Position numbers and translations under genes: made by a program. 64,000 nucleotides of DNA. Origin: an uncultured cyanobacterium (GTDB lineage Bacteria > Cyanobacteriota > Cyanobacteriia > Cyanobacteriales > Nostocaceae). This document shows, piece by piece, positions 1 through 11,117 of the stretch (positions within the stretch are counted from its first letter, which is position 1; each line of letters begins with the position of its first letter). Under the pieces are notes generated by a model. The model was not told the origin of the DNA. It searched no databases and saw only the letters and a program-made list of their open reading frames with translations. The stretch is taken from NCBI GenBank assembly GCA_963740315.1, contig CAVUDP010000001.1:224001-288000 (forward strand), in the 5' to 3' direction.

Positions 1-166
1 GAAGTGCCAGTTTTACTTTACGACCCACGAATTTAGAAGTACTCTCTTCAGCTACAGTTTCGCGGATTAAACAAATATCACCAGCAGTTCCCCAACTAGT
101 TGAGTAGGTGTATAGGAACGATATATAGGTTTTGGGTTTAATGGGTCTTTTTTTTACAGCTTCCAT
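1..166 (-). CDS. Hypothetical protein, N-terminal part only (runs off window start)
   Basis: Manual translation from ATG at 166: MEAVKKRPIKPKTYISFLYTYSTSWGTAGDICLIRETVAEESTSKFVGRKVKLAL, open to the window edge. Confidence 0.55.
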   Translation of the reverse strand, partial: MEAVKKRPIKPKTYISFLYTYSTSWGTAGDICLIRETVAEESTSKFVGRKVKLAL

Positions 167-721
167 TGTCTATAATTACTACTCATTCTTGGCTCAAAAA
201 TTTAATCCAAACAGTTATAACACGCTTGAGTGAAAGATTTTTCTATAACTATCGTTCTACCTCTAAATTTAGCTCTACTTAGCATGAAATGAGCAATCGC
301 ACGCAAAATTTTACGCGCTTTGCCCAAAACGTGCAGCATTATAAATATTTTACTTCTATAGCAATTCTATATGAGTTGTAATATTTTGAGCTATTGAGAA
401 ACCTGATTTTTTGAAAAATTAGGTTCCTTAATTCTTAGTTGGGGACTTTTCCACGGTATAGCATCGCCTTCAAAGTCATACCTTGAAGATCGAACGAAGT
501 CAGAGGGGTGAATAACTGTATTCTACTCAACGTTATAAAAATACATTTAGAAACCTTTTAAGACAATTTGATTAGCATCGAATAAACTTTATAGTTAAGT
601 TACACAATTAGAAAGAGAAGCATTTTATTCTTTATGTTTCTTAATATATATGTTTATTTCTTGCTGCGTAACTTAATACTCTGTTATTGATTTACCGATT
701 GTTAATAAATTTATCAAAAAG

Positions 722-916
722 ATGAGAATTTTAATAATAGAAGATGACGATCGCATTGCTCAACATGATGCTGAAGATTTAAAGCATCAGCATCATGTGG
801 TGGATGTTGCCCTGGATGGGATTGAAGGCTGGGAATACACCCAAGCAACGGAATTCGACTTAATTTTATTAGATTTAATGTTGCCCAAATTAGATGGTAT
901 TAGTCTTGTAAACTAA
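722..916 (+). pseudogene. Truncated OmpR-type response regulator (half of receiver domain only)
   Basis: MRILIIEDD...DLILLDLMLPKLDGISL receiver motifs, then stop after 64 aa; no output domain. Confidence 0.8.
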
Positions 917-1905
917 TCGCCAAACAAGGCAAATACCGTTTAAGCAAACCGATTAATACTATTAATTCAACACAAACACAAATACAAACTCAAAAAAAAC
1001 CTTACCCAATTCGCGGTTTTACTAGACCTATAATAAACGTCAAAGATGAGAAAATAATTGGTTACGTTCGAGTTAGCGAATCTTTAACCGATTTGAATAG
1101 TAGCATTCGCAAACTAGATTTAGGATTGGAAAGTGGGGTTGCGATCGCATTAATTTTGAGCGGTTTTGGTGGGATTTGGTTGACTAATCGCGCTATGAAA
1201 CCGATTGAAGCAAGTTTTCAACGACTCAAACAGTTTACAGCAGACGCTTCCCACGAATTACGCAGCCCTTTGATGGCAATTAAAACCAACGCTTCAGTAG
1301 CATTGAAATATCCCGAAGGAATCCGAGAAAAAGACGAAGAAAAATTTAGCGCGATCGCATCTGCAACCAACCAGATGACAAGACTTACAGAAGATTTACT
1401 GCTTCTGGCACGTACTGACATAAGCGCAATTCATCAAAAATCGGTACATATAAGTTTGATTTTATCTGACTTAATGCAATTATACGAACCGATAGCGTGG
1501 GAAAAAGATATTGCGCTTACCGCACACCTTGCTGAAGATTTATATTTTTCTGGAGATGAAGCACTTTTAAAACAAGTTTTTACCAATTTGATTCAGAATG
1601 CTCTCCACTACACACCTGTTGGAGGTTCGGTAACAGTTGAAGCTAAAAAAGTTTATTCTAAAATTGTTATTAATATAAAAGATACAGGAATAGGAATTGC
1701 ACCAGAATATTTAGATAAAATATTCGAGCGATTCTTCCGAGTCGATAAATCTCGTTCCTATCAAACTGGTAATTCGGGATTGGGTTTAGCTATTGTGCGA
1801 GAGATTGTACAGCTTCATAAAGGTACAATTTCGGTAGAAAGTAAGTTAGGAATTGGTAGTTGTTTTACCGTTCGCTTTCCTGGGAAGGATTTTTTAAGTT
1901 GTTAG
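904..1905 (+). pseudogene. N-terminally truncated sensor histidine kinase (HisKA + HATPase)
   Basis: FTADASHELRSP H-box, NLIQNA N-box, DTGIGI and GLGLAI G-boxes; frame is open back to 904 with no proper start and only one TM helix. Confidence 0.75.
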
Positions 1906-1952
1906 ATTTATAGTCTATAATCACCCAGATGAAGTGACGATTTCACATCGCT

Positions 1953-1979
1953 GGAGACGTAGCAGTGCTACGTCTCTAC
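1953..1979. repeat. GTAG-type REP-like palindrome (GAGACGTAGCAGTGCTACGTCTCTAC)
   Basis: Hairpin; related copies at 15007-15033, 21047-21089, 29605-29631 and 57891-57917, each just 3' of a gene. Confidence 0.8.
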
Positions 1980-2225
1980 AGGGTTTTTGTGTTTCATGCA
2001 AAATATATGTAATTATTCATAGCTTCCATTTAACAACGCCTTATTTCTCTTTATTTCTTTCCTCTGCGTACTCTGCGTCTCTGCGGTTTTTTTATCGGTA
2101 TTCTTTTAATAAACGAAACAATTACATCTTCTTGCTTTTCAAAAATAATCATGAGAATTCATTGGCTGTAAAATCAGTAAAGTTCTAGCAAATCCAAAAT
2201 CCAAAATTCAAAATCCAAAATTGAA

Positions 2226-4145
2226 ATGATAACAGCACCCTACGGTTCTTGGAAATCACCCATCACTACCGATTTAATTACCTCTTCAGCAATTGGACTC
2301 GGACAAATTGCAGTTGATGGCGATAATATCTACTGGAGCGAGTTACGAGCTTGGGATAAGGGACGTAGTGTTATTGTCCGACGCAACCCCGATGGCGAAA
2401 CCACTGTGACACCGGATGGTTTCAACGTGCGTAGTCGGGTTCACGAGTATGGTGGTGGTTCCTATTTTGTGGCTGATGGTACCGTCTATTTTTCTAACTT
2501 TATCGACCAACGTCTTTATCAGCAAAAACACGGCTCCGAACCGCAACCGATAACACCTGAATTATCGATGCGTTACGGTGATGGAATTGTTGACTCTCAG
2601 CGTCAGCGGATTATTTGCGTTTGTGAAGACCATACGCAACAAGGGAAAGAACCAACAAATCAAATTGTCGCAATTAATTTAACTGAAAACAAAAATCCTC
2701 AAGTGCTTGTATCTGGAAATGACTTTTATATTGCACCTCGTTTGAGTGAGGATGGTAAATATTTAGCCTGGTTAACTTGGAATCACCCGAATATGCCTTG
2801 GGATAGCGCTGAATTATGGGTTGGTACGGTTCAAGACGATGGCGCGATCGCCGATATGCAAAAAATCGCGGGTGGTGTGGATGAATCTGCGGGACAACCG
2901 GAATGGTCGAATGATGGAACTTTATATTTTATCTGGGAAAAAACTGGCTGGTGGAATTTATATTGTTGGCGGCAGGGGAAAGTAGAAAATTTGACTCCAA
3001 TGTCAGCAGAATTTGGCAAACCACAATGGGGTTTAGCTTCTTCCACATACGCAATTGAATCAACAAACCGCATTATTTGCAGCTATACCCAGAAAGGAAT
3101 TTGGTATTTAGCAAGCTTAAATGTAAATACGAAAAAACTCGATACTTTCGATTTACCCTATACGGAATTTAGCGGGATAAAAACAACACCGGGCAAGGTT
3201 TTATTTAACGGAAGTCAACCAACTCAAGCCAGCGAACTGGTTCAACTGGATTTAACAACCGGAAAAGTAGAAGTTTTGCAACGTTCTAGCAATATTGCCA
3301 TAGATGACGGCTATCTTTCTCAAGTACAACCGATAGAATTTCCTACCAGCAATGGGAAAACAGCCTACGGATTATTTTACCCACCGCAAAACAAAGATTT
3401 CACCGCACCGGAGAACGAAAAACCACCATTATTAGTTAAAAGTCATGGTGGCCCCACTGCGGCGACATCTTCAAGTTTGAGCTATCGGATTCAATATTGG
3501 ACGAGTCGCGGTATTGCCGTTTTAGACGTTAACTATGGCGGTAGTACGGGTTATGGAAGAGAATATCGTCAGCGTTTGGATGGAAACTGGGGAATTGTTG
3601 ACGTAGATGATTGCGCCAATGGTGCCAAATATCTGGTAGAACAAAACTTAGTAGATGGCGATCGCCTTGCAATTTCTGGTGGAAGTGCGGGAGGATATAC
3701 AACTTTATGCGCGTTGACTTTCCGCGATACTTTTAAAGCTGGTGCTAGTTATTATGGCGTAAGCGATTTAGAAGCTTTAGCCAGAGATACCCATAAATTT
3801 GAATCAAGATATTTAGATAGATTGGTGGGTGCTTATCCAGAAAAGAAGGAAATATACGTACAAAGATCCCCGATTAATTCTGCTGAGAATTTAACTTGCC
3901 CGGTAATTTTTCTACAAGGCTTGGAAGATAAAGTTGTGCCACCAAACCAAGCTGAAACCATGATTGATATTTTGCGAAACAAAGGATTACCCGTTGCTTA
4001 CGTTCCCTTTCCCGGAGAGCAACATGGTTTTCGCAATGCAGAGAATATTAAACGTGCTTTGGAAGCAGAATTATATTTTTATTCGCGGGTATTTGGATTT
4101 GAGGTTGTTGAAGAAATACAGACGGTGGAAATAGAAAATTTGTAG
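2226..4145 (+). CDS. S9 family peptidase (dipeptidyl aminopeptidase/acylaminoacyl peptidase)
   Basis: Beta-propeller-like N-terminus, HGGP, GGSAGG nucleophile, QGLEDKVVP and GEQHGF catalytic motifs. Confidence 0.92.
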   Translation: MITAPYGSWKSPITTDLITSSAIGLGQIAVDGDNIYWSELRAWDKGRSVIVRRNPDGETTVTPDGFNVRSRVHEYGGGSYFVADGTVYFSNFIDQRLYQQKHGSEPQPITPELSMRYGDGIVDSQRQRIICVCEDHTQQGKEPTNQIVAINLTENKNPQVLVSGNDFYIAPRLSEDGKYLAWLTWNHPNMPWDSAELWVGTVQDDGAIADMQKIAGGVDESAGQPEWSNDGTLYFIWEKTGWWNLYCWRQGKVENLTPMSAEFGKPQWGLASSTYAIESTNRIICSYTQKGIWYLASLNVNTKKLDTFDLPYTEFSGIKTTPGKVLFNGSQPTQASELVQLDLTTGKVEVLQRSSNIAIDDGYLSQVQPIEFPTSNGKTAYGLFYPPQNKDFTAPENEKPPLLVKSHGGPTAATSSSLSYRIQYWTSRGIAVLDVNYGGSTGYGREYRQRLDGNWGIVDVDDCANGAKYLVEQNLVDGDRLAISGGSAGGYTTLCALTFRDTFKAGASYYGVSDLEALARDTHKFESRYLDRLVGAYPEKKEIYVQRSPINSAENLTCPVIFLQGLEDKVVPPNQAETMIDILRNKGLPVAYVPFPGEQHGFRNAENIKRALEAELYFYSRVFGFEVVEEIQTVEIENL

Positions 4146-4148
4146 TTT

Positions 4149-4490
4149 GTTCGTAGTGAGCGCTGTCTTCGCTTCCGGCTAAGAAGTGCTAAAGCGCCTA
4201 CTACGAACCTAAGAATTATTCAAACCTCATCATGGCAACAGTTTTAATATCCGCTTCAATGGCTTGGGTAAACTTCAGCGCCTCTGATAAGAAGCGCTAA
4301 AGCGCCTACTACGAACCTAAGAATTATTCAAAACCGATCGTGGCAACAGTTTTAATATCGGCTTCAATGGCTTGGGTAAACTTCAGCGCCTCTGATAAGA
4401 AGCGCTGAAGCGCCTACTACGAACCTTATTCAAACCCCATCAGCTTCGCAACAGTTTTAATATCCGCTTCAATACCTTGGGTAAACTGAC
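4149..4490. repeat. Tandem 102-108 bp repeats made of a hairpin-element arm plus copies of the thrC 3' end
   Basis: TTATTCAAA..GCAACAGTTTTAATATC.GCTTCAAT..CTTGGGTAAACT at 4216, 4324 and 4426, each preceded by AAGCGCCTACTACGAACC. Confidence 0.85.
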
Positions 4491-5520
4491 TTTTGTTATG
4501 TTTTATCGCTGTATCTGGATCTTTCAAACCATTCCCAGTTAATACGCAAACTACAGTGGCACCCGTGGGAACTCGATCTTTAACCTTCAATAAACCCGCC
4601 ACAGAAGCTGCACTAGCTGGTTCGCAAAAAACGCCTTCATCTCCAGCTAAAATTCGATAAGCTTCTAAAATCTCTTCATCGGTAACGGAATTAAATTCAC
4701 CTTGACTCGCCGCAGCAGCCGCTACTGCTTTATCCCAACTCGCAGGATTACCAATTCTAATCGCTGTAGCTAAGGTTTCAGGATTCTTTACCACTTCACC
4801 ATTTACCAACGGTGCGGCACCCGCAGCTTGAAAACCCATCATCTTGGGCAAATGTCCGCATTTACCATCTTGATGATATTGGCAAAAACCCATCCAGTAT
4901 GCGGTGATATTTCCGGCATTACCCACCGGGATACACAGCCAGTCTGGAGCATCACCCAAAATATCTACTACTTCAAAAGCTCCCGTTTTTTGTCCTTCCA
5001 AACGGTAAGGATTAACTGAATTAACCAAAGTTACCGGATATTCCTCGGCTATATCCCGGACAATTTCTAAAGCTTGGTCAAAATTTCCTTTAATTGCCAA
5101 CACTTCCGCACCATACACCAACGCCTGCGCCAATTTACCCAGCGCCACATAACCGTCAGGAATGATTACAAAAGGACGCATCCCTCCACGCCTAGCATAA
5201 GCCGCAGCAGCCGCCGAAGTATTACCAGTACTCGCGCAAATCACCGCCTTAGCTCCTGCTTCCTTGGCTTTGGAAACCGCCATTGTCATTCCCCTATCTT
5301 TGAAGCTACCAGTAGGGTTCAAACCGTCGTATTTCACAAAAACACGTACTTGCTTGCCGATTAGACGCGCGATCGATGGCACGGGAATTAAAGGAGTATT
5401 ACCTTCTAATAGCGTAACAACCGGCGTATTCTCGCTAACAGGCAGGTATTGGCGATACTGTTCAATTAATCCCTGCCAAGGTTGACGATGAGATTTTACA
5501 GCAGACAGGCTTAAGGTCAC
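4426..5520 (-). CDS. thrC: Threonine synthase
   Basis: [13 protein letters not shown]-lysine motif, [25 protein letters not shown]. Confidence 0.96.
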   Translation of the reverse strand: MTLSLSAVKSHRQPWQGLIEQYRQYLPVSENTPVVTLLEGNTPLIPVPSIARLIGKQVRVFVKYDGLNPTGSFKDRGMTMAVSKAKEAGAKAVICASTGNTSAAAAAYARRGGMRPFVIIPDGYVALGKLAQALVYGAEVLAIKGNFDQALEIVRDIAEEYPVTLVNSVNPYRLEGQKTGAFEVVDILGDAPDWLCIPVGNAGNITAYWMGFCQYHQDGKCGHLPKMMGFQAAGAAPLVNGEVVKNPETLATAIRIGNPASWDKAVAAAAASQGEFNSVTDEEILEAYRILAGDEGVFCEPASAASVAGLLKVKDRVPTGATVVCVLTGNGLKDPDTAIKHNKSQFTQGIEADIKTVAKLMGFE

Positions 5521-5619
5521 GGGATTTTATAGAGCTACTTGTTTTTTACTGCGATGTCGAATGACAGTTTATCCTTTTTACCGTATCGGTGGGAAGTATT
5601 ACGATAACTTTTGTCAAGA

Positions 5620-5786
5620 ATTGGGCATTGGGCATTGGGATGAGGGGATGGGGGGACAAGGAGATGGGGAGAAAGAAAGCGGAGGGAGCGGAGGGAGCGG
5701 AGGGAGCGGAGGAAGAAAAATTATTAATTGCCTCCTCTGCTTCCCCTGCTCTCTTTTATGCCCCATGCCCCATGCCCCATGCCCAA
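5620..5786. repeat. STRR-type short tandem repeats arranged as an inverted structure
   Basis: TTGGGCA / GCGGAGGGA tracts facing CCCCATG / CCTCTGCT tracts. Confidence 0.75.
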
Positions 5787-5939
5787 ATCCATTTTTCTTT
5801 CGGAACAAAATCTGAGTCTATATTGTCATTTCATAGATGTTGCATAGCAAATAAAATTAGTTATATTGCAGCAACTAATACCAGCTATACAAAGATTTAA
5901 TGATTCTTTAAATTACACTATTATAATATTTTTAATGGT

Positions 5940-6146
5940 GTGAGTAGAGTTTTGGACTTAATTAGTAGTATGTCTGTATCTAGTGTTTCAGAACGTAATT
6001 CCAACAATTCCAAGGCAAGCTTGACTAACACTTGCTATCAGGTCGATCAGCAAGCTAAGCTAATGAATTTGCAGTTGGAAGTCGATTTATTATTGCTACA
6101 GTTGCAAAAACTCAAGCAACAAAAAGACGGTTGTACTCACGAATAA
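5940..6146 (+). CDS. Small hypothetical coiled-coil protein (start may be ATG 5970)
   Basis: ORF divergent from thrC with leucine-rich heptads YQVDQQAKLMNLQLEVDLLLLQLQKLKQQ. Confidence 0.55.
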   Translation: MSRVLDLISSMSVSSVSERNSNNSKASLTNTCYQVDQQAKLMNLQLEVDLLLLQLQKLKQQKDGCTHE

Positions 6147-6454
6147 TTGTGTTAAATTTATTGCCAATCGTGCTTGCTTATACTTATATCTAATTAAATC
6201 GATGGCAAGCACAGAAGCATTAAAACGCTGATTTTTTTCGATTAGCGTTCAACTATATATTTATGGCTATCTTTTATTGGTAGAGCGATTTTTAGCTTTG
6301 CTGATAGTTTGGCGATCGCGCTTAATATCAACCATTGCTATTGATTAATATTGCTTTATTTCAATTTAGCACTATTGGTCATAATTAGGTTACGCAGGCG
6401 TGATTTATTTTGCTTTTATGTTTGATTTATTTTTGGTTATTTACTTAATTGTTA

Positions 6455-6751
6455 TATAGCAATTTGGCGATTATAATATGCCTTCGGGCACGCAATACCT
6501 ACGGTACGCGGAGCTTGCCGCTAACGCTAGTAAACAAAACTTAGTTTCTTCGGGTTCACCACTGTAAGGTGGACTTAATAAATAACCCTCATTACTGCTT
6601 TGATCCCCCCTTCCCCCCAAGAATACGGGGGGTTAAAGTCCCCCAATTTAACGGGGGATTTAGGGGGATCTCGGAAGTATAAAAGGTCTTATTTGAGGCT
6701 TTCCCGCGCATCCTCTAAGAGTTTTCTTATATTTAGCTTCGGATTGCTATA
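6455..6751. mobile_element. TA-flanked MITE-like element carrying internal G/C-run hairpins
   Basis: Ends TATAGCAAT... and ...GGATTGCTATA are inverted; internal CCCCCC/GGGGGG hairpins resemble those at 12487-12565 and 42783-42825. Confidence 0.55.
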
Positions 6752-6784
6752 GAAATAATTGGTTTCACAAATTCAAGATTTTAT

Positions 6785-6892
6785 CTTTCAATCCCGTTGC
6801 CGGGATTCATTTCGTTTCAAGTTGCAAACGATTTAGTGGTGAGAAAACGGGGGAGGTTTCAATCCTGTTGCCGGGATTCATTTCGTTTAAAG
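6785..6892 (-). CRISPR. Orphan mini CRISPR array, 2 x 37-bp repeats with one 34-bp spacer (type I-D-like repeat)
   Basis: CTTTCAATCCCGTTGCCGGGATTCATTTCGTTTCAAG at 6785-6821 and a 3-mismatch copy at 6856-6892; AATCCCG/CGGGATT hairpin; reverse strand ends ATTGAAAC/G. Confidence 0.75.
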
Positions 6893-6955
6893 AAAAAATC
6901 TACGTTATTTGGCAAAAAGAAGACTCAGTAAGTTCCCAATTCCTAATTCCCTTTC

Positions 6956-8461
6956 TTAAATTTGCGTTAAAAGCTTTTGAATATAAGTTCGTGAAGTTTG
7001 GGAAATATTAGATTGTGTTTCGAGCCAAGAATAAGCTTGGTTTGTACCTTTTTGGGATGCAATCATTAAAGCTTTCCACGCTTGTACTTCTGCACGATTG
7101 GAATTTACTTCTAATGCTGCATCAATACGACTTTCTAATCTTCCGGTATCGGCTTTAAGTAAGTTTACGATCTCTGCGGGATTTTGCGGCGATGCTTCAA
7201 AGACTTTTAAGGCTTCTCCCCATCTGCCATCAATTAAGTCAGCTAAAACTTCTTGGGAAGGACTTGCCCAGCTTGTATCGGCTAATTTTTTGGTAAGTTG
7301 AGAATGCAGCCGAATTAAATCGATTTGTGCTTGCGCTTCTGACGATACTTTTCCTTTTTGCTTCTTGATAAATTGCAACCATTTATAAGCTGGTGTCCAC
7401 AGTCCATTTTGGGCAATTAATAGGGCATCTTTGTAAGCGGAATCTTTCAATGCTGGTGGTTTGAGGGTGATTTGAGATAATTTAACTGGGTTGACGACAA
7501 ATTCACCTGGTTTGATTTGGTAAACTCGCAGACTTGGTTCTAAACCAACTGTTTGACTCACTACTAATTCTTTTTCACCGTCACCTGTTACCTGTTCCCA
7601 TTCAGGTAAATCTCCGGTGGGGCTTGTCCAAGATATCATTGTTTGTAGTTTACGGCGTTCGGGATTGTAGTGAAGAATATAGCCGTAAGCAGTCTGGTTT
7701 GAACCTGAAGAACGGTTGCCGCGTAGATAATACCAGATTCCCGGCTTGGGCGCATCTGAATCAAAACGTCCAATTTCACTTATGGGTAGAGGAATGTTTG
7801 AACCGGCGTTTTCTTCTGCATTGGCATCTACTAAGGGAGCGATGACTTCAAATTCTTCTGGTCCGGTAACGGGAAATTCAGTAGTTAGATGATAATACTT
7901 TTTTGTCGGCGATTGCCATTCTAAATCTGTTGCTAGATGATAAGTCCTAAGTTCAACTATGTATTTACAATCAGAATCACAGTTGTTGCGCGATCGAAAT
8001 ACGGGTAATAAAAAAGATTCATTCGTATCGCCTTCTAAAGCAGTAATTTCTCCACTTATACGATTTTGTTGTTCGATTTCGGTTTGAATTTGTTGTAGAG
8101 TATACGGGCGTTCTTTACTAGAAGCAATTTTCGCCCATTTTGGTAAAAAAGGATTTAACCAATTAACCTGTTGCGGATTGACTATAAATAAAATACTAAT
8201 CCAGCTAAGCGCTACAACTAAACCCCCACTTCCCAACAATATTGCCGTAGCTAACATTGATGCCGCTAAACTTTTTCGCTTTTTAACTTTCTGAGTTTGA
8301 CTGGAATAGGAACGAATTCCCGCTTCAGCAGGTTTGGTTTTAAGGTTTTGTTTAGACTTTTTTATCCTTTTACGAAGTTTGCGAACCTTAGTATTAGGCT
8401 GCGCTTGATTTTTTTTATCCGGTTTTGATGAAGGCGAGGTATTTGCCATACTAATCGTCAC
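6956..8461 (-). CDS. Hypothetical membrane-anchored protein
   Basis: 501-aa ORF with a basic N-terminus, one hydrophobic TM segment and a helical C-terminus. Confidence 0.8.
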   Translation of the reverse strand: MTISMANTSPSSKPDKKNQAQPNTKVRKLRKRIKKSKQNLKTKPAEAGIRSYSSQTQKVKKRKSLAASMLATAILLGSGGLVVALSWISILFIVNPQQVNWLNPFLPKWAKIASSKERPYTLQQIQTEIEQQNRISGEITALEGDTNESFLLPVFRSRNNCDSDCKYIVELRTYHLATDLEWQSPTKKYYHLTTEFPVTGPEEFEVIAPLVDANAEENAGSNIPLPISEIGRFDSDAPKPGIWYYLRGNRSSGSNQTAYGYILHYNPERRKLQTMISWTSPTGDLPEWEQVTGDGEKELVVSQTVGLEPSLRVYQIKPGEFVVNPVKLSQITLKPPALKDSAYKDALLIAQNGLWTPAYKWLQFIKKQKGKVSSEAQAQIDLIRLHSQLTKKLADTSWASPSQEVLADLIDGRWGEALKVFEASPQNPAEIVNLLKADTGRLESRIDAALEVNSNRAEVQAWKALMIASQKGTNQAYSWLETQSNISQTSRTYIQKLLTQI

Positions 8462-8822
8462 TCAATTTTGGATTTTGGATTTCGGATTTTGGATTAACTC
8501 CGTAGCTTCTGTTCGACGAAACTATCTTCATTCCAAAATCTAAAATTGCTCGGTTAATAAATTAGATGTTTATTTTTTCTAATACGGTACGGCGAAAATA
8601 CAGTTGACAATCAAAATTTATTCAAAGCCTTTAAAGTAACTTTGTTAATTTTTGATTTTGAATTCCCCGTAACAGTACTAGCTTTTTCCTTTATACTCGC
8701 GCTTCAGAAATATTGCCTAAAAATCATTAATTCGACTTTTCTCTAAGTTAGGTGTAATCACTCATGCCATTTACACAAATTATTGAATACGCTCAACCGT
8801 TGTATATAATCAACAGTGTAAA

Positions 8823-10523
8823 TTGAAAACAAGTAAAATTTCCCTAATTATCTGTTTTTTAGCTGCGGGAATTACCGAATTTCCAGATAAAGCAATGTCT
8901 AAAGAACGGGCTTCTTTCGATTTTGTTATCCCTACTGAAGGGGCAGTAGAAACAAAATTCAATATCAAAAATACAGAAAAGTTTAAGATTTCTCAAACCT
9001 CATGGGATAAAAATCCGATGGGACAAGTTAATTCGGTTTCTCAATTTAGTGATGTACAGCCAACAGATTGGGCGTTTCAAGCTTTGCAATCCTTGGTGGA
9101 GCGTTATGGATGTATTGCGGGTTATCCTAACGGAACTTATCGAGGAAATCGGGCTTTAACTCGTTATGAATTTGCAGCGGGTTTAAATGCTTGTTTAGAA
9201 AGAGTAAATGAATTGATTGCGACAGCAGCCAATGATATAACTTCTCGTGAAGATTTAGCAACTTTACAAAAATTACAGCAAGAATTTGGTGCGGAATTAG
9301 CGACATTGAGGGGACGAGTTGATGCATTAGAATCTCGCGCTGCCGATATCGAAGCTAAACAGTTTTCGCCAACAACCAAACTTAGCGGAATTGCAATTGT
9401 TGGTGTTCAAGCCAGAGGTGAAAATCGCGCCGATACTTTTCCTAGAGATGGTGTCAGGGATACTGAGGACACGGGTACTAACGTTAACGTGATGAACTTT
9501 AATCAGCTGTATTTAACCAGCCAGTTCAATCCGCGTAGTTTCTTAGTAACTGGACTTTTAGCTGGTAACGGCTCCCAACAATCTCCGTTAAATAATAACC
9601 TCATACTTGGTTACGAATTTAATTCTGGCAACGACTTTACTTTAAGCGACTTGCATTATCACCAACTTCTGACTAAAAACCTAGCGATGATGGTGGGAAC
9701 CAAAGGTGTGGATATGGTGCGATCGTTCCGAGGTCCTAACCGTGCCGAAGATGCTGCCAACGGACCTTTATCATTCTTTGCACAACGAAACCCAATTCTA
9801 AATTTGGATTTTGAAAATGGTGGTATTGCTTTTGATTGGCAATTCGCCAAAAGCGCCAGCTTGCAAGCAATTTATAGCGCTAGGGATATAGCAAATCCGG
9901 GTAAACGCGCAGGCTTATTTGATGGAAATACAACGGCTGCCGCACAATTATCACTGACACCTGCGAAGACGTTAGATGTCGGTTTATATTACGTTAATAA
10001 TTATTCGCCGTCGGGTTTGTTATTCAGTTTTGCTGGCGATAGTTGTTTAACTGCTGTGAATTGCTTCGGGGGACCTGCAAGACCTTTACAAACAAATGCC
10101 TTTGGGGCTACCGTCAATTGGGATGTTTTGCGAGGAGTTACATTAGGCGGTTGGGCTGGTTATACCAATTCTCGTATACCCGGAGAATCGGGAGATGTAG
10201 AAATGACAAACTACATGGTTTATCTCAATTTCCCCGACTTATTTGGTAAGGGTAATTTAGGTGGAGTTTATGTCGGACAGCCACCAAAAATTGTTAGTAG
10301 TAACTTACCTGTAGGAAATAACGTACCCGATCTTTTAGATGGTGGCAATGGAAGCGAGGGCGGACAACCGGGAACTACTACTCATATCGAAGCATTTTAT
10401 CGTTGGCGATTAAACGATAATATGAGTTTGACTCCAGGCGTTATTCATATTATCGAACCCGGTCATACACCAGATAGCGACTCAGTTACTATTGGTATTT
10501 TACGAACTAGTTTTACATTTTAA
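8823..10523 (+). CDS. Cyanobacterial porin (SLH domain + OprB-like barrel; iron-uptake/carbohydrate porin family)
   Basis: SVSQFSDVQPTDWAFQALQSLVERYGCIAGYP SLH motif, coiled coil, QFSPTTKL, C-terminal LRTSFTF. Confidence 0.93.
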   Translation: MKTSKISLIICFLAAGITEFPDKAMSKERASFDFVIPTEGAVETKFNIKNTEKFKISQTSWDKNPMGQVNSVSQFSDVQPTDWAFQALQSLVERYGCIAGYPNGTYRGNRALTRYEFAAGLNACLERVNELIATAANDITSREDLATLQKLQQEFGAELATLRGRVDALESRAADIEAKQFSPTTKLSGIAIVGVQARGENRADTFPRDGVRDTEDTGTNVNVMNFNQLYLTSQFNPRSFLVTGLLAGNGSQQSPLNNNLILGYEFNSGNDFTLSDLHYHQLLTKNLAMMVGTKGVDMVRSFRGPNRAEDAANGPLSFFAQRNPILNLDFENGGIAFDWQFAKSASLQAIYSARDIANPGKRAGLFDGNTTAAAQLSLTPAKTLDVGLYYVNNYSPSGLLFSFAGDSCLTAVNCFGGPARPLQTNAFGATVNWDVLRGVTLGGWAGYTNSRIPGESGDVEMTNYMVYLNFPDLFGKGNLGGVYVGQPPKIVSSNLPVGNNVPDLLDGGNGSEGGQPGTTTHIEAFYRWRLNDNMSLTPGVIHIIEPGHTPDSDSVTIGILRTSFTF

Positions 10524-10526
10524 TAG

Positions 10527-10573
10527 TTGGGGATTGGGCATTGGGGATTGGGCATTGGGGATTGGGCATTGGA
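10527..10573. repeat. STRR heptamer tract (TTGGGGA/TTGGGCA)
   Basis: Tandem heptamers after the porin stop; complementary CCCATGC/CCCAATG tract near 10710-10743; similar tract at 23558-23603. Confidence 0.8.
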
Positions 10574-11117
10574 TTATAAATTAGTGTTTCCTATTAATAA
10601 AAAGTTAGTTATTCAGGTTATCTTCACATTTTCTAATTAGCAATTATTTGAATTTTCTTTTATTTAAACAAGTATTCATCTTAATATTTTGCTGTTTAAA
10701 AGATAATTAACCCATGCTCGATGCCCCATCCCCAATGCCCCATTTATTATAAAAAATTCATATAGTTAAATATAAAATAGTGAAATATGCTTGGTATTTA
10801 CGATCTCGCCACAATTGGATAAATACCGTTTTTCCGTATTTTCTCTCTTGAAAGGATAATCGATTTAGTATTACATTTTGGATAGTTGCGCTGAATGCAT
10901 ATCTGACAAAAAATTAGGATTTTTCAGAGTATATCTATTTTGCATAACAGCGTAATGAATCTTTTTTTAATAAACATTCTTGTCTTGTATCTAGTTGCTT
11001 TATCAAAATATAGTATTTAGTTAGATATCTTATTCGACTAATCCTTTATTTTGAACGCAACGACGATATTAAAAGTAAGAGTTTTCAATCGCATTTTAGA
11101 AGCAATTAGGAATTAAA

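Noticed and set aside
4149..4490. Possible CRISPR array or DGR template/variable repeats
   Set aside because: The 'spacers' are copies of each other and of thrC; differences include an indel and are not evidently adenine-specific; no reverse transcriptase in the window
5561..5900. Overlapping Gly/Pro-rich ORFs
   Set aside because: Products of STRR tandem repeats
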